In this document: positions 57,766 through 61,289 of the stretch, in pieces
How the letters are laid out: each line of letters opens with the position of its first letter
How positions within the stretch are numbered: position 1 is the first letter of the stretch
DNA from: Bdellovibrionales bacterium
GTDB lineage: Bacteria > Bdellovibrionota > Bdellovibrionia > Bdellovibrionales > UBA1609
Assembly: GCA_007121385.1 (NCBI GenBank)
Contig: SKLV01000004.1
Span: forward strand, 1-61,289
Direction: 5' to 3'
DNA: 61,289 nucleotides
Made by a program: the position numbers and the translations under genes
Notes under the pieces: model-generated
Told to the model about the DNA's origin: nothing
The model's input: only the letters and a program-made list of their open reading frames with translations
Database searches by the model: none

Positions 57766-58430
57766 TAGGCCTTTTCCCCTGAGATGTTATTTTTAGCGTA
57801 GGCGAGGCATACATCACGTACGCTTTCTAAGCTCATAAGAATTGATTTTACCTGTCTTTGAAAATAGTTGTACGAAATAACGGCTGGGATAGCGACCATT
57901 AAGCCCACAGCGGTGGCAATAAGGGCTTTGGAGATTCCTATCATCACTGCAGCTGGATCGCCCTGAGTGACGGCTAGAGCTCTAAAGGCATCCATAATTC
58001 CAAATACAGTTCCTAAGAGACCAATAAAGGGGGCATTAGAGCCCACCGTCGCCAGAAAACTCAGGTATTTTTCCAAATAGGGTCGCTCCATGTTGGCATA
58101 GGAATTAAATATTTCCTCAAGTCCAACAGAACCATGTTCGCGGGCATGTCTCAGCCCATAGCTGAGGGCTCGTCCCTCTAGGCTGTCGCGGTCTCGCCCA
58201 ATGTCTTCGATCTCCTTGAGGCTATTGGCCTGGAGGGACTCCCTCAGTCGGGCGCTGACCTTAAGGCTGTTTCTTTTAACTGCCCTCAAGACCAGCCATC
58301 GTTCCAAAATAAAGGCAATACTAAATATACTAAGGGCAATGAGAATCCACAGGGTTATATCGTGCCCCAGGTCTGCAATCAGGTATAGGCGCTCTGTGAG
58401 CATAAAGATCTCCTCTGTATTTTTTTCCAC
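57765..58430 (-). CDS. ExbB/TolQ/MotA-family proton channel
   Basis: LATVGSNAPFIGLLGTVFGIM, ALIATAVGLMVAIPA; start GTG 58430 or ATG 58403. Confidence 0.92.
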   Translation of the reverse strand: MEKNTEEIFMLTERLYLIADLGHDITLWILIALSIFSIAFILERWLVLRAVKRNSLKVSARLRESLQANSLKEIEDIGRDRDSLEGRALSYGLRHAREHGSVGLEEIFNSYANMERPYLEKYLSFLATVGSNAPFIGLLGTVFGIMDAFRALAVTQGDPAAVMIGISKALIATAVGLMVAIPAVISYNYFQRQVKSILMSLESVRDVCLAYAKNNISGEKA

Positions 58431-58486
58431 AAGCCTGTTAAATTATGGCTGCTCCCAAATCTAGGGGTCAAGGTGGTATTGAGTTT

Positions 58487-60322
58487 ATGAAGGTGTTTAG
58501 GCTGATTTTTGTGCTTTCCCTCCTCCTTGGGCTCACTCACTGTACTTTCAAGTCGAGTCAGCAGCCCTCTATTTTGTTGATTGCTGTTGAGGGCTTGGGC
58601 TTTGATTTAGTGGCGTGTGGATCTGAACAGATGTTATCCCCGGAAATGTCGGGCTTTAATATCTTTTGCGATGAGGCCGTGCGCTTTACCCACTCCTTCA
58701 CTCCATCAACCATGAGTCAATCCGCCTTGGCTTCGTTATTGTCAGCGCGTTATCCCCATGAGCATCAAGTCTGGCATAACGGGCCGCAATTCCTTTCTGC
58801 ACAAATTAAGACAGTCACTGAAGAGGCAGTGGAAATAGGTCATCGCACCGCCTTCTTCTCTGGCGGAGCCCCAATCTGGAGAAAGTCCGGTCTCAGTCAG
58901 GGGTTTGAAGTCTTTGAAGACAACCTAAAAATAAGTTTTGAAAGACTTTATCGACCTGCTTCACAAAATATCAACCTTTTCCTCTCATGGATAGATCGAG
59001 AAGTTCAATCCAGCCCCTTTTTTTCTGTGGTCTATCTTGCAGACTTGCAGTTCTCTGAGATCTCAACCGTCTCTTCTACGGGTCAGGCCCGTGAGCGAAG
59101 TCTTTTAGGGCAGTTGACGGAAGTGAGTGAATCTTTGGTCCAATTGAAGATGGAGATGGAGAGACGTCGAATTTGGGATAAAACAACAATTTTATTAGTT
59201 GGCCTTAATGGAATTAGCACAATAACTCGTCCTCAGGAGCTCAGGGCCATCAATTTGCATTCAGAGGCGACTAAGGTGGCCACGTTTATTAAACCCTCCC
59301 AAAAAAGAAGAGATTTAGGTTTAGAGTGGAAAATAGATCGAAATATCAGTCTGGTGGATGTGGGAGCGACGCTTTACGATCTTCTGGATGCCGTTGTTCC
59401 AAAACCTCGAGAGAGGATTCTAGAAGTAGTGAGCTTGACGCCCACTCTGAATAAGCCTCAAGTGAGCTGGGATCCTGATCGGACTATATTGATTGAAAGT
59501 GGTTGGGCTCAGTGGAGAGGAGTGGGCCCCACAAAGTTTGCTTTAAGAACCGGCCAATTTCTTATCTTTTATGAGCAACCTTTGCGTATTTATAACACTC
59601 TGATCGATCGAATGGAGCTCAGTCCCCTTCCTGAAGATGATGGTCTTTACTCAAATCTGGAAAAAAAAGCTCTAGAATTGTTCCTCAATAAGGAATTTGC
59701 TCCCTGGGATCAGCCAGATTTAAGTTTAATTGAAAAAATTCAGTTGGGAAAAAGGCTGTGGAGCCTCAGTCAGATTAAGGATGAGGCTGTTTTTGTGGAA
59801 CTTGAAGATCTATTGGAAGAGCGCCCTTGGGATAGCCAGCTTTTGGAGTGGAGGTGGCAATGGGCATTCAATAAAAAAGATTGGGATTATTTTTTGAATT
59901 TGGGAGATCAGTCCAGCCTAGCCTTGAAGACCGCTGCAAAAAAAAATAGCGGTCAGTCCATCAGCGGTCTTGACCTCAGGGGTTGTGAGGTTTGGTTAGA
60001 TCGCACCAAGGCTCCTGAGAGACGCCCAACAGCTCAGGAGTGTGGGGAAGATGGTTTTGTTCTTTTGGTGGACTGGGTTTTGGAAACGGATTCCCAGCGA
60101 AAGCTAGTCCTTCAGGAAGCTTACCTGCGCCACTATTTTAATCGTGAACTGAGGAATCAAGTTGCCAAAATGAACTTTTTGGCCTCTCTCAGTTGGGATG
60201 TAGATATCAACTTGCCAAAGGGGCCTACTCTCGAAGAGGTCTATCTTTCTCTTCCGGAGAACCGGCGCTATGCAACCATTGTGCGAAACCGGGCTTTAAG
60301 TCGAGGGGACCTTTATTATTAA
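58487..60322 (+). CDS. Sulfatase/alkaline-phosphatase-fold lipoprotein with degenerate active site
   Basis: PSILLIAVEGL, SLLSARYP.EH, TAFFSG, GLSQGFEVF, SLVDVGATL; LTHC lipobox. Confidence 0.7.
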   Translation: MKVFRLIFVLSLLLGLTHCTFKSSQQPSILLIAVEGLGFDLVACGSEQMLSPEMSGFNIFCDEAVRFTHSFTPSTMSQSALASLLSARYPHEHQVWHNGPQFLSAQIKTVTEEAVEIGHRTAFFSGGAPIWRKSGLSQGFEVFEDNLKISFERLYRPASQNINLFLSWIDREVQSSPFFSVVYLADLQFSEISTVSSTGQARERSLLGQLTEVSESLVQLKMEMERRRIWDKTTILLVGLNGISTITRPQELRAINLHSEATKVATFIKPSQKRRDLGLEWKIDRNISLVDVGATLYDLLDAVVPKPRERILEVVSLTPTLNKPQVSWDPDRTILIESGWAQWRGVGPTKFALRTGQFLIFYEQPLRIYNTLIDRMELSPLPEDDGLYSNLEKKALELFLNKEFAPWDQPDLSLIEKIQLGKRLWSLSQIKDEAVFVELEDLLEERPWDSQLLEWRWQWAFNKKDWDYFLNLGDQSSLALKTAAKKNSGQSISGLDLRGCEVWLDRTKAPERRPTAQECGEDGFVLLVDWVLETDSQRKLVLQEAYLRHYFNRELRNQVAKMNFLASLSWDVDINLPKGPTLEEVYLSLPENRRYATIVRNRALSRGDLYY

Positions 60323-61008
60323 AAATTCTCCAAAGTAATTTGCCCGATCCAAAAAGGCATATCTTTATCTGTTTGAGACAGAATCTGAGTCAGGCTATCC
60401 GATGATCGGAGCTCTTCTTTATCCCTATAGAACTCAGGGGGAGTCAGTGTTCTTGAAAGGAGAAGAAGCTCATCTTTGGGTTGAAGGCGGAATGAAAATG
60501 AGTGAATGTTGAGGCTCGGTTCAAGGCCTAACAAATATTGAGGCAATGGGTTTAGAAAATGATGGCTCGCACTGAGTTCCAAAGTGGCGTCAATGGGGGC
60601 ACTCAGTGGAGTGAGGGGTAGTCCTCGACGATTAAGATAGACGATGGGTTGTCCCACCTGGGCGCAGATCAGCTGAGGTCCTAGCCGGCAAGCTGCGAAT
60701 ACCTCCACACCGGCAGTGTACTCATCCCGATTGTCTTCTCGGTAAACACCTTGATTGGCCAAGTAAAGGGCTGTTCTCAGATTGTTTTCCGCGGGAGAGA
60801 GACAGCTCAAAGTGGGAAATGGGGTGGTGGCCTCCAAGTCATTGAGGCTTGAAAGAAAGAAATCTTGGATAATTTCCACAGTTCTCTTGGCGGCAGACCT
60901 TGGTCCCCAAGGTGTGACTACGAGGTAAAGTTGATCGTTTGGTTCCTGTAATATTTCGGGGCGGGGACGAAAAAATTTACCGCTATAAGATCGCTCATGA
61001 ATGGGCAT
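60319..61008 (-). CDS. PP2C/SpoIIE-fold protein lacking catalytic aspartates
   Basis: Fold pattern LYLVV..G, ALYLANQ, CAQVGQ..YLNR, LQPKDELLLLS; GGGAG SD before ATG 61008. Confidence 0.6.
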   Translation of the reverse strand: MPIHERSYSGKFFRPRPEILQEPNDQLYLVVTPWGPRSAAKRTVEIIQDFFLSSLNDLEATTPFPTLSCLSPAENNLRTALYLANQGVYREDNRDEYTAGVEVFAACRLGPQLICAQVGQPIVYLNRRGLPLTPLSAPIDATLELSASHHFLNPLPQYLLGLEPSLNIHSFSFRLQPKDELLLLSRTLTPPEFYRDKEELRSSDSLTQILSQTDKDMPFWIGQITLENF

Positions 61009-61024
61009 TTTTATCTCCCAAGCT

Positions 61025-61289
61025 CTATTCAAAAACTAACCGATAAGCTCTTAGCTTTTGAGTTGCTCTATTGTAATAATCTTCACCAGGAAGGCTTTCA
61101 GCCCGAATCTGCTGCCACATCTCTTTTGCGGCCTCCACATTGCCAATGTCTTCTTCTATAATGCTTCTTTGATAGATGGGTTGCATTTTCTGGCGGAGGG
61201 CATTCATGCTGTCGTTGATTAGGCGTTGCGCTTGGCTGTTCTCAGGAGTGAGTTCAATCACTTGGCGACAGGTCAAAATGGCATTGCGA
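61025..61289 (-). CDS. C-terminal fragment of a TPR-containing protein (5' end beyond the window)
   Basis: Open frame runs to the window edge; TPR-like helices (VIELTPENSQA; GNVEAAKEMWQQI). Confidence 0.6.
   Translation of the reverse strand, partial: RNAILTCRQVIELTPENSQAQRLINDSMNALRQKMQPIYQRSIIEEDIGNVEAAKEMWQQIRAESLPGEDYYNRATQKLRAYRLVFE

Overview
Chromosomal backbone of a probable Bdellovibrionota (Bdellovibrio-like predator). The assignment is inferred from gene repertoire: a TPR-wHTH regulator, many signal-peptide hypothetical proteins, a lexA-imuA-imuB-dnaE2 cassette and sigma28-type promoters. Contents in order: tRNA-Val(TAC), an ABC-2 transporter, a crtE-crtI-crtB-lycopene cyclase operon ending in a c-type cytochrome lipoprotein, DsbA, RRM protein overlapping RNase HI, typA, a baeRF-family protein, MscS, Dps, dapF, the SOS mutagenesis cassette, secreted proteases and peptidoglycan hydrolases, ung, dppABC, aroB, DAHP synthase, a near-complete men cluster, exbBD and two apparent pseudoenzymes. 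I saw no integrase, transposase, CRISPR array or rRNA. Best leads: (1) a signal-peptide protein with a C-terminal RelE-like ribonuclease domain and no adjacent antitoxin, divergent from a protease fused to a possible beta-barrel; (2) a Cys/His amidase plus lipoprotein pair that looks like an effector-immunity module; (3) four tandem 11-bp direct repeats over the lexA promoter; (4) a recurring GTCTCA-N3-TGAGAC palindrome. All family calls are by eye from motifs; no searches were run.
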